From the sequence record OL656110.1: a DNA stretch of 64,000 bases, one strand, 5' to 3'. Each line of letters begins with the position of its first letter. The first letter of the stretch is position 1. This DNA comes from Escherichia phage vB_EcoM-RPN242. The position numbers were made by a program, and so were the translations under genes. Below the pieces are notes generated by a model that saw nothing but the letters and a program-made list of their open reading frames with translations, made no database searches and was not told the origin of the DNA. Positions 1 to 9,475 of the stretch are shown one piece after another.

Positions 1-820
1 TCCAGCGATCAATACCACCGTTGTACAGTACCGTCACAGGGAGCTTGGCTTTCTCTTTGACATGGCGACCTTTCATGATGCTTATGTTGAAGTTCCAACC
101 CAGCAGATCTTTGTCTTCCTTCACCTGAGAACGGGTGATAAACCAGATCAAGTTGGAGGATAAGAAGCCCTGTTTGCCGCCTTTGATGTTAGGCTCGGCA
201 TATTGGTTGCCGATCTCATCGTAATAGGAGTTGATCCAAACACACACGAGATTTTTGCTGTTGATTTCGGGAGTCATGACACGCCAGAAGCTGTTAAGGG
301 CACGGGCGCGGGTCATGTCCTGAGTGTCGTTCCCTTTGATCGCATCTTCAACTTCCTTGGTGGAGGGAAGTTGGCTGATAGAGTCGATGAAGATTATAAC
401 ATGGTCGCCTTTCTTGACTTCCTGTAGGATCTGCAGCAAGCGGATCTTGGTCTGTTCAACGTTGTCGATCGGTACGTACAGGACGCGGTCCATGTCAATG
501 CCCATAGAGGTCCAGTAATCGGCGTTGGCACCCTTTTCTGAGTCAGCAAATACACAGATAGCGTCAGGGAACTTGTCCATGTACGCCTTGACGTCCACCA
601 GACCGAACATCGTTTTGAAGGTACGGGAATCACCCACCATCATCTTGATACCGGAGATCAGACCGCCGTCAATACGCCCAGACCATGCGATATCGATCAG
701 GGGAATACCAGTAGAACAGATGATAGACGGTTCCAGAGCGTCGGATTTGGACAGCACTGAAGCCTGGTCATCGTGTTTCTTAGCAACCTTCAGCATGCGG
801 TCCATTAATGAACTGGCCAT
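1..820 (-). CDS. uvsX: UvsX-like RecA-family recombinase (partial; C-terminal end lies beyond window start)
   Basis: Manual minus-strand translation from ATG at 820 gives MASSLMDRMLKVAKK...GIPLIDIAWSG...MMVGDSRTFKT...VCVFADSE..., collinear with T4 UvsX; no in-frame stop before position 1; AGGAAG RBS upstream. Not in ORF track because incomplete. Confidence 0.85.
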   Translation of the reverse strand, partial: MASSLMDRMLKVAKKHDDQASVLSKSDALEPSIICSTGIPLIDIAWSGRIDGGLISGIKMMVGDSRTFKTMFGLVDVKAYMDKFPDAICVFADSEKGANADYWTSMGIDMDRVLYVPIDNVEQTKIRLLQILQEVKKGDHVIIFIDSISQLPSTKEVEDAIKGNDTQDMTRARALNSFWRVMTPEINSKNLVCVWINSYYDEIGNQYAEPNIKGGKQGFLSSNLIWFITRSQVKEDKDLLGWNFNISIMKGRHVKEKAKLPVTVLYNGGIDRW

Positions 821-1347
821 TTCACTTCCTCTTTATTGTTGATCGTCGTTAATAATTCTACACCCATAACCTTCTGGGACAAAATGTTAACCGCCTCTTG
901 GATGCTCTTCAGGGACATTGTCTCAACAAGTGACGATGCGTCATTATGCCGGTCGGTTAGGTACATATTGCGCAGATTGTTGTAGTTCGTGCGGTTGATG
1001 CACGCAGTGTTCAGTGCTATATTCAGGATATACATCATCTGTTCAATGGTTACATCCTTTGGCATAGCGTGGATGTAATAGATCGAGCCTTCAAAATAGA
1101 CGTCTACCAGTTCATCTGGTATCTTGATGCCACCACCGGCATACTCTTCGATCATCCTGAACAGAGACTCTGGTTGCTCGCTGGCGATCTTATGCGTAAC
1201 AGTCGCCGAAAGACCGTCGCCTGGTTTAACAGGCCTGTTGTATTCAGTAAGGAATACATTATGTCCGCCGCCGATGATGTGCTCGGCGAATTTGGAGGAT
1301 GCCTGAGCAGCGTTCTCCGCATGGTATGAAACGACGACTGTAAACAT
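805..1347 (-). CDS. hypothetical protein (180 aa)
   Basis: Complete ORF with ATG start; 3' end overlaps uvsX start by 16 nt; no recognisable motif. Confidence 0.6.
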   Translation of the reverse strand: MFTVVVSYHAENAAQASSKFAEHIIGGGHNVFLTEYNRPVKPGDGLSATVTHKIASEQPESLFRMIEEYAGGGIKIPDELVDVYFEGSIYYIHAMPKDVTIEQMMYILNIALNTACINRTNYNNLRNMYLTDRHNDASSLVETMSLKSIQEAVNILSQKVMGVELLTTINNKEEVKWPVH

Positions 1348-1901
1348 TAGAACTCCAGGGTCAGAGGGGTTTCTGCGGACTTATCGTAATCCGCGCCACC
1401 AGCAGCACGCAGGCGATTGCGATCGTTCTTGCGTTTGTGTGCCAATATGTAAGTCTCAATGTCGATCTCCATATAAGAACACGCAGACGACAGGAAGAAC
1501 ATGAGAGTCTCAACGCAAGGATCGTTCATGAATTGCCCAAGGCGGTACGTAACATTGCGATGCCCTACAACACCCAAAGCAGATGGGGTGAATTCGCGAT
1601 TACTAAGGACTTCAAATTCTTCTTCGATCTCACCTTTGGTGCGGTCCACAAGGATGAAGCACAACATGAAGTGTACCACGTCCACCAGTTCATAAACTGC
1701 GTTCGTATGGTCAAACCCGATGTCGTTGCCATAGACCTTCCAGTCACGGGTGGTTTCATCAAGGAACTCTGCCCACTCACGATAGATGGAGTTGATGACT
1801 GCGTTCTGACTCCATACATTCTTCCACTCTTCCCCAAAGTAGGCCACGTTGGTGGCCTTTTGGAGTTCGAGCAGGCTTTTGATATGTCCTGCTGTGATCA
1901 T
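1347..1901 (-). CDS. putative all-alpha NTP pyrophosphatase (dCTPase/dimeric dUTPase/MazG-like)
   Basis: 184 aa; acidic EIEEEFE and YELVDVVHF segments and C-terminal K..N..R pattern reminiscent of T4 gp56-type enzymes; ATGA overlap with neighbour. Tentative. Confidence 0.45.
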   Translation of the reverse strand: MITAGHIKSLLELQKATNVAYFGEEWKNVWSQNAVINSIYREWAEFLDETTRDWKVYGNDIGFDHTNAVYELVDVVHFMLCFILVDRTKGEIEEEFEVLSNREFTPSALGVVGHRNVTYRLGQFMNDPCVETLMFFLSSACSYMEIDIETYILAHKRKNDRNRLRAAGGADYDKSAETPLTLEF

Positions 1902-2467
1902 TTACGTTCTCCGTAGAATTTAACGAACGGTTCCCAACCATCAAATGGATTGAGGAATTCGTAGTCCACTTTCATTTGGTCAATGAAAGCCTCTATATCG
2001 TCCTCTATGATACCAGCACGGTCGGCCTTTGAAATACGGGTGATAGGACATTTCGTACTCAGCGCCCATTCATATTCCTGAGGGGTACGCAGATCGCTCA
2101 CGATATAATGGACGTGGGGGTTCTGCTCTACCAGAGGAAGCTGGAAGCGCTTGAAGAATGCCAGGAACAGATCGGGTTGTACGTAACGCAAGCCCGTATC
2201 GCTGCCTAGATGAAGCCAGATCTGCCGTGGAGTTAAGCCCTTGGGGTTATCAGGGTGGGTGTAAGGAACGTCCTTCACGGCATCCTCTACCTCCGCTGGG
2301 AGCCATGGGTAGATGTAGTTGGCTACACGGCGCAGTTCATCAGAGAAAGAAAGGCGCTGTATGTCCATATCACCCTGTAAGTGGTGATAACTGATCAGGG
2401 ACTCCAAACAGAAGTCCTTACCGGAGCGTTTGCGCCCCGTAAAGAATTCAAGATTTGGGTACATCAT
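1898..2467 (-). CDS. deoxynucleoside monophosphate kinase (T4 gp1-like)
   Basis: 189 aa; N-terminal P-loop FTGRKRSGKDF matches T4 gp1 LSGVKRSGKDT; ATGA overlaps on both sides. Confidence 0.7.
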   Translation of the reverse strand: MMYPNLEFFTGRKRSGKDFCLESLISYHHLQGDMDIQRLSFSDELRRVANYIYPWLPAEVEDAVKDVPYTHPDNPKGLTPRQIWLHLGSDTGLRYVQPDLFLAFFKRFQLPLVEQNPHVHYIVSDLRTPQEYEWALSTKCPITRISKADRAGIIEDDIEAFIDQMKVDYEFLNPFDGWEPFVKFYGERK

Positions 2468-3510
2468 ACTACACCTTCCAGGAACTTAGGATCAACGATC
2501 TTGCGGTCAACCGGAGAATGGGTGAGCGCGGTGTTCAAGCCATGATCCTGAATCAGGTCCAGGTTAATGAGCTTTTCGTTCAGTTTGCAGTGCAGACAGT
2601 ACGCCATCTGTACAATCAGGCCGCGATCCGCATCGTATTCCTTCAGGTGGGCGACCACAGTTTCCCAAGGGCTGCCGATATCACAGTGATGAAGCACGCC
2701 AGTGAACAGATTGCGGATATGGTTCTGGTTGGTCACGTTCTTGAAGTGAATCATGGAGTTGATGAACCCAGCTTCTACTTTGGTGTCCTTCGTGATCTTT
2801 CCCAGCTGCTTCTGGCTGACTTCATTGTTGTAGTAATGAAGATTGTTAGAGAATAGCTTGTACTGACCGACATCAACATCCAGCACCCGAGCAATCACTT
2901 CCTGAAGAATAGAGAACTCAATGAAGTTGATTGAACTCATCCCCCACAGAACATCCTGTGAGCGATTGATGACCGTCAGGTTCAGACGACCTTCAACGAT
3001 GGCGAACAACAGAGCCAGGTTACACACCATGTCCTTAGTCTTCGCTTCGCCGCTCTCGCTGAACTTCGCCAGACCAGCATCCGAATCTAGAGCCGGGTCA
3101 TAGATGGTGAGGTACGCCTGGCGAGTGTTTGGGTTCTTGCGCAGGCGGTTAATAACGCTATCCAGCTGGCCATGGGCGTACAGACGCGGACCATAAGCAG
3201 CTCGCCATGTTACCCCATCATCCGAAAAGTTAGCAGCGCGAGGCAATACGCGTGACAGGAACTTTATGTCGTTGCGGCCTGACAACACCCAGAAGGTCTC
3301 GCCGATGGCAGCGATAGCCGATGAGTTGCGACCTTCAATAGAGAGCCAGCGGTCACGGATGTCGGCGACGGTTATGGTCACGCCATCAAGGAAGCGGGTG
3401 CTATCAGTATTGATTTCAGCATTACCAGGATCAGATTCGATCCCGAATTCACGGATAGCCAAGACAGCCTGCTTCAGCATGTCATTGTTGTTAATTGCTT
3501 TGATTTCCAT
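2464..3510 (-). CDS. thymidylate synthase-fold enzyme (ThyA / pyrimidine hydroxymethylase family) with ~100-aa C-terminal extension
   Basis: 348 aa; collinear with ThyA: AAIGETFWVLSG, NPNTRQAYLTIYDP, catalytic-Cys region DMVCNLALLFAIVEGRLNLTVINRSQDVLWG, then VGQYKLFSNNLHYYN; extra C-terminal domain not found in canonical ThyA. Confidence 0.8.
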   Translation of the reverse strand: MEIKAINNNDMLKQAVLAIREFGIESDPGNAEINTDSTRFLDGVTITVADIRDRWLSIEGRNSSAIAAIGETFWVLSGRNDIKFLSRVLPRAANFSDDGVTWRAAYGPRLYAHGQLDSVINRLRKNPNTRQAYLTIYDPALDSDAGLAKFSESGEAKTKDMVCNLALLFAIVEGRLNLTVINRSQDVLWGMSSINFIEFSILQEVIARVLDVDVGQYKLFSNNLHYYNNEVSQKQLGKITKDTKVEAGFINSMIHFKNVTNQNHIRNLFTGVLHHCDIGSPWETVVAHLKEYDADRGLIVQMAYCLHCKLNEKLINLDLIQDHGLNTALTHSPVDRKIVDPKFLEGVV

Positions 3511-4169
3511 CAGATACTCCCAAAATCACGACAGAGGAATGCCATCACAGCCTGGTCTACTGTTAGGCCGTGAGACTTCATCATACCCGCAGCCACCGTA
3601 GGGAACAAGTCTTTATGTCGTTGACGATGGTCATGAACTCTCTCCCACTTCTCGACCACCAGACTTTCATTGAAGTCCACACCACCGTTACGTGATTTAA
3701 CGCGGGAGATACACGTTTCAAGGGGAGTGTCCATAAAGAGCACAACCAATTCACGTGGTGGGCGTGTCAGGCGGGGGATCCAAGAACTCAATAATGTTGA
3801 TGGAATGATACCTTCGAAAATCACATCATATTTCAAGTATTCTGGTTGGTCAGCAATAGACAACGCGAACAACATCTGCTCAGTGTCCTTCAGGGAATCA
3901 ACCCCCTTGGACTTCGACTTGTCATATTTACCGATACAGACCACGTTGAACGAAGGACAGACAGTCAGCATGACCTTGCCGTTATGGGTCACGACATACG
4001 CCTGAGGATCCCTCTCCGCCAGCTGAGAAGGCACAGTGGATTTACCGCTACCATTGGAGCCTTTGACGTAGTAGATTTGCCCTCGTGCTGGGTAGATCCC
4101 CTTTACGACGGGTGGTTTAAAGAATGTGTGGACGGGGCGCTTCATCAGCCCCTTCAGGGAGTAGGACAT
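3510..4169 (-). CDS. P-loop kinase (nucleotide or DNA-base kinase candidate)
   Basis: Walker A YYVKGSNGSGKST; first ATG at 4169 with GGAG RBS (track start at 4181 is TTG); stop overlaps start of ThyA-fold gene. Confidence 0.7.
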   Translation of the reverse strand: MSYSLKGLMKRPVHTFFKPPVVKGIYPARGQIYYVKGSNGSGKSTVPSQLAERDPQAYVVTHNGKVMLTVCPSFNVVCIGKYDKSKSKGVDSLKDTEQMLFALSIADQPEYLKYDVIFEGIIPSTLLSSWIPRLTRPPRELVVLFMDTPLETCISRVKSRNGGVDFNESLVVEKWERVHDHRQRHKDLFPTVAAGMMKSHGLTVDQAVMAFLCRDFGSI

Positions 4170-4180
4170 AAACTGCTCCA

Positions 4181-4212
4181 ATAAACAAAAGGAGCTGCTA
4201 TTATAGCAGCCC
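4181..4212 (-). terminator. putative rho-independent terminator
   Basis: Hairpin gctgct-attat-agcagc (4194..4210) followed on minus strand by tccttttgtttat. Confidence 0.5.
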
Positions 4213-4244
4213 CTTCATCTATTGAACAGTTTCTGAACTTAAAT

Positions 4245-5081
4245 CTACACAGCTTTCGCTTCAGCCAGAGCCTGTGGAAGCCATTCATTGATCGCCTTAA
4301 CCAGAGACTCAGCATCAGACTCTTTGATCTTCTGACGTTTGGTGAAGGACTTACCGTTCACGTACAGACTGAAGCCCCAGCCACCGGAAACGATAGGCGC
4401 AACGTCGACATACGTATTGGTGCGGGCGTGAAGGTTTTCAGGGTTAGCCAGTTCGGTGACCGGGAACTGGAACCAACGCATGTCTGGGTTCACGTAGCTC
4501 AGGAACACGCCGGGAACAACACCAGCTTCAATCGCCGCCAAGACCGGACCGTGATTAGAAGCGCGAGCCAAGTCAACCATTTCCTCACGTTTGGTGTGAC
4601 GGCGTTTACGCTCTACCAGCGCCGCCTGCGGGGTCAGGGTCTTACCCTTCGATGCTTCTTTCAACATAGAAGACGCCAAGGAACCGATTTTCGCGTCGGA
4701 CGGCTGATTGCCTTCTTCCAGCGCCGCGTTGACTGCATCTTCAACCGCGTCTACCGGGGCGTCGGACACTGGGGCTTCACATGCATCGGCAGAGATCGGT
4801 GCTTCAGCATCAATGGTTTCAGCGACTTTCAGCGATACTTCAGCTTGGGCTTGCTCTTGGGCTTGCGCCAGAGCCTGCTGAGTTTCTTCCTTCTCTTCGG
4901 CGCTCAGACCTTCAATCAGTTCGAAGCCGTTGGCAGCCTGAAGAACACCTTCAACCATACGGCGCAGGGTAACGTTTCCGATGATCAGACCTGCTTCTTT
5001 GATTTCAGCCTGAATAGCAGCAACGTCTTTGCCTTCAATTTCAATTTTGGTTCCAGAATCCACATGAAGAATATATGACAT
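4245..5081 (-). CDS. hypothetical protein with acidic Ala/Glu/Gln-rich low-complexity centre
   Basis: 278 aa complete ORF with ATG start; segment EEKEETQQALAQAQEQAQAEV. Confidence 0.6.
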   Translation of the reverse strand: MSYILHVDSGTKIEIEGKDVAAIQAEIKEAGLIIGNVTLRRMVEGVLQAANGFELIEGLSAEEKEETQQALAQAQEQAQAEVSLKVAETIDAEAPISADACEAPVSDAPVDAVEDAVNAALEEGNQPSDAKIGSLASSMLKEASKGKTLTPQAALVERKRRHTKREEMVDLARASNHGPVLAAIEAGVVPGVFLSYVNPDMRWFQFPVTELANPENLHARTNTYVDVAPIVSGGWGFSLYVNGKSFTKRQKIKESDAESLVKAINEWLPQALAEAKAV

Positions 5082-5151
5082 AATAAAAACCCTTTCGTTA
5101 TTAAGACCGTATCCGCGGCATATTGTTGTTCTGACTGTGTAGTGAGAACAT

Positions 5152-5179
5152 AATATACTGCATTTTCATAGATGTAAAC
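5152..5179 (-). promoter_or_regulatory. sigma70-like (T4 early-type) promoter candidate
   Basis: Minus strand reads GTTTAC - 16 nt - TATATT about 70 nt upstream of the ATG at 5081, inside a 176-bp AT-rich intergenic region. Confidence 0.4.
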
Positions 5180-5257
5180 TACTTTTTATTGAAAAGAAAG
5201 TTAACACCTAAGTGTTATAAGGTGCGCGACCAAGCGGAGCGCGAACTTGCGTGAATA

Positions 5258-5545
5258 TTAACTTTCTACGTCAATATAGAAAACCATTTCCGGTGGCCAA
5301 CAATTTGTTAGCTCGACTTTTGCGAACCGTGGTTGGCAGTACGCATCAACCGACTCATCAAACAGACAGTGTTCTACATTTGCAATCATCAGATCATCAT
5401 CCACCACTTCAACAGAATGGACAATGATCTTGTGGTCATATGTCAGGCAACCGTCTAAATGCATGTTGTCGGCGCGGAGGTGTTGCATGATGAAATACTC
5501 TATGATCGACTCAAGGGCAGTCGTCAGCTTCAGATAACGTTTCAT
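5258..5545 (-). CDS. hypothetical protein
   Basis: First ATG at 5545 (MKRYLKL...) with GAGAGG RBS; track start at 5551 is GTG. Confidence 0.5.
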   Translation of the reverse strand: MKRYLKLTTALESIIEYFIMQHLRADNMHLDGCLTYDHKIIVHSVEVVDDDLMIANVEHCLFDESVDAYCQPRFAKVELTNCWPPEMVFYIDVES

Positions 5546-5565
5546 ACACACCTCTCACAGTGGAG

Positions 5566-6315
5566 TTATTTGGACAGATAGAAGTTTGGAACTTCAGGGA
5601 AATGTTCTGGTGGGATATCTACCAGAACATCCTGTTTCACCTTCCCTTCGATATCTTCGCGGATACGACGAATCACTTCTTCCTGTTGTTCTGCTGCCAT
5701 CACTTCTTCCATGGCTGAGTACAAGTTTTCTAGAATGACACCTACGTAGTTGTGGATGGCACGACAGGAGTTCTGATCATACTCCATATCCGGATGAATC
5801 GCCAGGTCGACCTGATCACGCCCTACCAGCAGATGTCCAGAAACCAGATTTATCGGGTATTTGAATACTTCACTAGATTTGACAGCAACTCCGTCGGCTT
5901 GCTTCAGCAGAAATTCGGTTTCAGAGAAGCGTTCAAGCAGTTCTGATGGGAATACCATATCGAGATTCTGACGCTTGCGACCAAAGAAGTATAGACAATG
6001 CGCCAGTTTCAGGCATGCATCGGTGGCCATCTTCATGTGTGCTTTAGCGTGTTCATAACCAGCGATCACATCACGGACATAATCGTACAGGTCGGAATGA
6101 CCAAAACGGATGTCCTCTTCGAAGCGGATTGCTGTTTCACTGTCCGGTTTCACACCCAGAACATCGAAAATATTTTGTTCACGAACGAATCTGCCGTTTC
6201 GATCGAAACCCAGAACACAACCTACTTCGAATCCACTCTTTTCAAAATTTGGGAGTTTCATATCAAGGCGAGCTGGGGTAAACTCTAACCCGAACATACG
6301 ATAAATTTGTGACAT
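5566..6315 (-). CDS. hypothetical protein (249 aa)
   Basis: Complete ORF with ATG start; no recognised motif. Confidence 0.6.
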   Translation of the reverse strand: MSQIYRMFGLEFTPARLDMKLPNFEKSGFEVGCVLGFDRNGRFVREQNIFDVLGVKPDSETAIRFEEDIRFGHSDLYDYVRDVIAGYEHAKAHMKMATDACLKLAHCLYFFGRKRQNLDMVFPSELLERFSETEFLLKQADGVAVKSSEVFKYPINLVSGHLLVGRDQVDLAIHPDMEYDQNSCRAIHNYVGVILENLYSAMEEVMAAEQQEEVIRRIREDIEGKVKQDVLVDIPPEHFPEVPNFYLSK

Positions 6316-6377
6316 GTTATAGCCTCATCATTTAGGATTACCTGTTCACGAATTATCCCTCGGAACGGGTTATAGAA

Positions 6378-7082
6378 CTATTTCTTCTTATGCATACGAC
6401 GTGCATCTTTCCACACAGACATCTGGCTCTGTTTCTGGAAGCGGGCAGTGCGCATGAAGAGAACGATCTCCCAGTACTGTGGCTCAATCTCGTAAAGCTG
6501 TGAACGGAACTGATCGGCGCGGTACAGCTTCACACAGTGATTGTACAGCGGATGGTTGGCGAAGCGCTTCAGGGCTTCCCAGGTGAGCTTCAGACGCGTC
6601 TTTGAGCGGTATGCCCGTTCGTTACGCAACTTGATCAGATCCTCAAACACCAACAGCCTGAGCTTTGGTGGCAGGTAGTGCATGTTGAGTCCCCAGAGGT
6701 ATGTTACACCCTTCTCTCCAAAGGTGATACCATCACCCTTGACAAAGTTGAAGAAGAACACCAGAGGGTACATATCCCAGTAGGGTAGTTCATTCTTCGT
6801 CAGAGCATCATATTTGAAATAGAACATACGCCCGACTATATACCGCACACCTTGTACCGGACGTTTGTGATCAGCAAACGCCTGTTTCATATGGTTGGGA
6901 CTCAGGTTGGCGTCCTTAGACACACGCTCCATGAACCACACATGCGAACGGCGGATGTTACGCTTCGCCTCTGGACCGAAGTGTTGACGGTACTTGCGGA
7001 TGTAACGCTTGACCAGCTCGGGGGCGTCCATCTCGGCCGGAAACAGCAACGGATCTTCTTCGCCAGCTGCATTCTTTGCCAT
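6378..7082 (-). CDS. hypothetical protein (234 aa, basic C-terminus)
   Basis: Complete ORF with ATG start; divergent from the plus-strand late gene at 7136. Confidence 0.6.
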   Translation of the reverse strand: MAKNAAGEEDPLLFPAEMDAPELVKRYIRKYRQHFGPEAKRNIRRSHVWFMERVSKDANLSPNHMKQAFADHKRPVQGVRYIVGRMFYFKYDALTKNELPYWDMYPLVFFFNFVKGDGITFGEKGVTYLWGLNMHYLPPKLRLLVFEDLIKLRNERAYRSKTRLKLTWEALKRFANHPLYNHCVKLYRADQFRSQLYEIEPQYWEIVLFMRTARFQKQSQMSVWKDARRMHKKK

Positions 7083-7093
7083 TTGTCAACTCC

Positions 7094-7101
7094 TATAAAT
7101 A
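7094..7101 (+). promoter_or_regulatory. T4-type late promoter box TATAAATA
   Basis: Exact TATAAATA on plus strand about 35 nt upstream of the 7136 start; a gp55-like late sigma is encoded in the window. Confidence 0.55.
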
Positions 7102-7135
7102 ATAACAGTTATTTTATTTAAGTGGAGTCCTCATC

Positions 7136-8080
7136 GTGGAAGACTATCGCAATTTTATCACACAGATGTTACAGCGGGGCTTGTCGCGCAAGAACCGCTT
7201 CAGAGTGACCATCCCTCTACCACCAGGGATCTTTGACTCCAATGCCACTCTGGCTAATGACGGAAAGGCGTACAGAACCAATTCATCTTTTGGTGACTTG
7301 TTTAAGCAGTCAGCCCGTATTGTAAACGCTTTCTTTGGAGGGACAAACCAGACGTCCCGTTCCCTTCAGATGATGTGTATGGTTGCCTCATTGCCAGGGG
7401 TTGGTATCGACACCACTCCAATGACAAACAACGGTAATCACATCAAGATGCCGAACAACAAGTCCAACGTCGACCTCGACTTGTCATTCTTATTAGCCAA
7501 TGACTATTATGAGAAGTCTGTGATGGACAAGTGGAAGAGTCTGATCTTTGATCCACACACCACCAAAATGGGATATTACGAAGACTTCGTGACTGACATA
7601 TGCATTGAACAGCTTGACACCGAAGATCAAGTGGTCCACCGCGTCTACATCGTCGAGGCTCACCCAATAAATTTCAGTTCTATTGAGCTAGATAAAGGTG
7701 CCACAGACCAGTTCAACCAGTACAACATTTCTTTCTCTTACAACAAAGTGCTTTCGGAGACAGAATATGAAACACGCAGCCTTTCCAGCGATTTTCTTCC
7801 TCTCGGCATTGCTGACGCTCTTACCAGTGGTGACTGGGAAACTGCGGCCTCAAAAGCTGGACAGCTTTATCGCAAGGTGAAAGAAGGGAACTTCACAGGA
7901 GAGGCTCTCCTGGCTTACAAACAGCTTGACCAACTTGTAAACAACCTGGCTGGGATAAGCATACAGGACTTCGAGCGCATCTCGGTAGGTATCTCTCGTG
8001 ACATCATGGGTAACGATAACCTGACGGCGGCGGAGAAGACAAGCCTGTTGGGAATATTGCAAGACGTGATGGGGAAATAA
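7136..8080 (+). CDS. tail-tube-fold structural protein (T4 gp19/gp54 family-like)
   Basis: 314 aa; GTG start at 7136 preceded by GGAG; NRFRVTIPLPPGIF ... MMCMVASLPGVGIDTTP pattern resembles the gp19/gp54 family; late promoter upstream. Confidence 0.5.
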   Translation: MEDYRNFITQMLQRGLSRKNRFRVTIPLPPGIFDSNATLANDGKAYRTNSSFGDLFKQSARIVNAFFGGTNQTSRSLQMMCMVASLPGVGIDTTPMTNNGNHIKMPNNKSNVDLDLSFLLANDYYEKSVMDKWKSLIFDPHTTKMGYYEDFVTDICIEQLDTEDQVVHRVYIVEAHPINFSSIELDKGATDQFNQYNISFSYNKVLSETEYETRSLSSDFLPLGIADALTSGDWETAASKAGQLYRKVKEGNFTGEALLAYKQLDQLVNNLAGISIQDFERISVGISRDIMGNDNLTAAEKTSLLGILQDVMGK

Positions 8081-8105
8081 AAAGCCATCCGAAGATGGCT
8101 TGTTG
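8081..8105. terminator. bidirectional hairpin terminator between convergent genes
   Basis: agccatc-cgaa-gatggct stem-loop (8083..8100) with flanking A/T runs, between the + gene ending 8080 and the - gene ending 8107. Confidence 0.5.
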
Positions 8106-8106
8106 A

Positions 8107-9129
8107 TCAGTTAGACTTGAGATACTGCTCGAATTCGTCAATGGAAGCCGTGTTTCTGGCATTCGGTTGAGACTGAGACTGAGACTGAGCCTGCGACGGC
8201 GCGGCCTGTTGCTGTTTCAGGCTGTCTTGAGCAGTTGGCTGATGTGTAGTCTGGGTGCTAGGAGCATGAGCCATCGTGGCTGCACCACCTTCAACCAGAG
8301 GCTGGTCATCAGGGATTGCCAGAACTTTGCGCAGGCGCTTTTCCAGGGAGTCGTAGTCTTTGAAGTTAGCCGGATTGAAGAATTCAAACAGGCTGTGCTC
8401 GCGAGACCAGACGTCTTCCATATACGCTTCGTCATCACTCAGCGGGGCAGGGTTCTCCCACACCACCTTACTGAAGTTTGCCACCAGACCTTCCCAGTTC
8501 CCAAACTTCTTCTGCTCGCCAAAGAGCTTCAGGTTCAGGTTGGCACCTTCCCACAGATCGAACGGATCGAATTTAGGGTCGGTTGGGAACTTAGGATTCT
8601 GCGCCTGATCCAGGATTTTCTTGATGGCGTTACCAAATTCCAGCAGGAAGACCTTGCCGTTGTTTTCCGGTACGTTGACATCTTTGATCACCAGGATGTT
8701 AGCGTAGTATTTGGTGTCGGGTAGACGTTTCTTCAGGATGTCCTTCAGCTTTTCGTCGTTCGTTTCTTTCTGCTGCGCCCACAGCGGACGGTCATGGTCG
8801 CGCACCGGATCGTCGTTGCCGAACGTCTGAGGTGAGTTCTCAATGTACCAACCACCAGGACCCTGGAACTGATGTTTCATGATCATGGCACAAGGGGTGA
8901 GGATCTGATCTTTATCGATCGTCCCTTCTTCCTGTGCCTTGAGGTCTACCAGCGGGACTGGCAGGAAGCGGATGATGTTCTCTGAGATACCATCTTTGTT
9001 CCAAGTCCATTTCCAGATGCGAGGATCCTTCTGGAAACCGGACTTCTGGCCTTGCTGTGCAAGACGCGCCTGCATAGCTTCAGTTTGCTGGCCACGGGAT
9101 GCTTTCAGACGATCGAATAAATTACCCAT
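8107..9129 (-). CDS. 32: single-stranded DNA-binding protein (T4 gp32-like)
   Basis: 340 aa; IRFLPVP, YYANILVIKDVNVPENNGKVFLLEFG and DLWEGANLNLKL match gp32 core motifs; Q/S-rich acidic C-terminal tail. Confidence 0.85.
   Translation of the reverse strand: MGNLFDRLKASRGQQTEAMQARLAQQGQKSGFQKDPRIWKWTWNKDGISENIIRFLPVPLVDLKAQEEGTIDKDQILTPCAMIMKHQFQGPGGWYIENSPQTFGNDDPVRDHDRPLWAQQKETNDEKLKDILKKRLPDTKYYANILVIKDVNVPENNGKVFLLEFGNAIKKILDQAQNPKFPTDPKFDPFDLWEGANLNLKLFGEQKKFGNWEGLVANFSKVVWENPAPLSDDEAYMEDVWSREHSLFEFFNPANFKDYDSLEKRLRKVLAIPDDQPLVEGGAATMAHAPSTQTTHQPTAQDSLKQQQAAPSQAQSQSQSQPNARNTASIDEFEQYLKSN
8168..8190. repeat. tandem hexanucleotide repeat (tgagac x ~3.8)
   Basis: Encodes the SQSQSQSQ low-complexity stretch in the gp32-like C-terminus. 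Confidence 0.6.
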
Positions 9130-9228
9130 TTCTTAATTTCCTATGTTTCCGCCCCTCAGGGCTATTCTGTTACATGTATTTTCAGTTTGCTACAAAGCGG
9201 GGTAATTATACCCCGATCTTACATTGAA

Positions 9229-9468
9229 TTAACCTTTAAGCACTTGATTTGCTGGGTCAATTTCAATAATGTCGAACACGTCCGAAAACGTCTTCTTGCC
9301 TTCGTCGTGCGTGTGATACTCAACGACGTATGAGCGACCATCAGGGGTAACGTAACGAATACGATCCGTCTGGTCGGCATGCTCGTTCAGGCTACCCACA
9401 CGCCAGCGCATAGAGCCAGGAAGAAACTCGGCAGCTTTCATTGCGCTGTAAATTGATTCTTTGCTCAT
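9229..9468 (-). CDS. hypothetical protein (79 aa)
   Basis: Complete ORF with ATG start. Confidence 0.5.
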   Translation of the reverse strand: MSKESIYSAMKAAEFLPGSMRWRVGSLNEHADQTDRIRYVTPDGRSYVVEYHTHDEGKKTFSDVFDIIEIDPANQVLKG

Positions 9469-9475
9469 AATAGAC

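Noticed and set aside
4428-5078. 216-aa plus-strand ORF, and many similar ORFs in the track (e.g. 31515..32285, 32796..33389, 45297..46175, 47980..48837)
   Set aside because: They lie antisense inside well-supported minus-strand genes, have low-complexity or Arg/Ser-rich translations and lack RBS context; treated as shadow ORFs.
5082-5257. Possible tRNA or small RNA gene in the AT-rich intergenic regions (also 23210..23435 and 56768..57128)
   Set aside because: No cloverleaf-compatible segments (no GTTCGAATC-type T-arm or D-arm pairing) found by eye; cannot exclude without a covariance-model scan.
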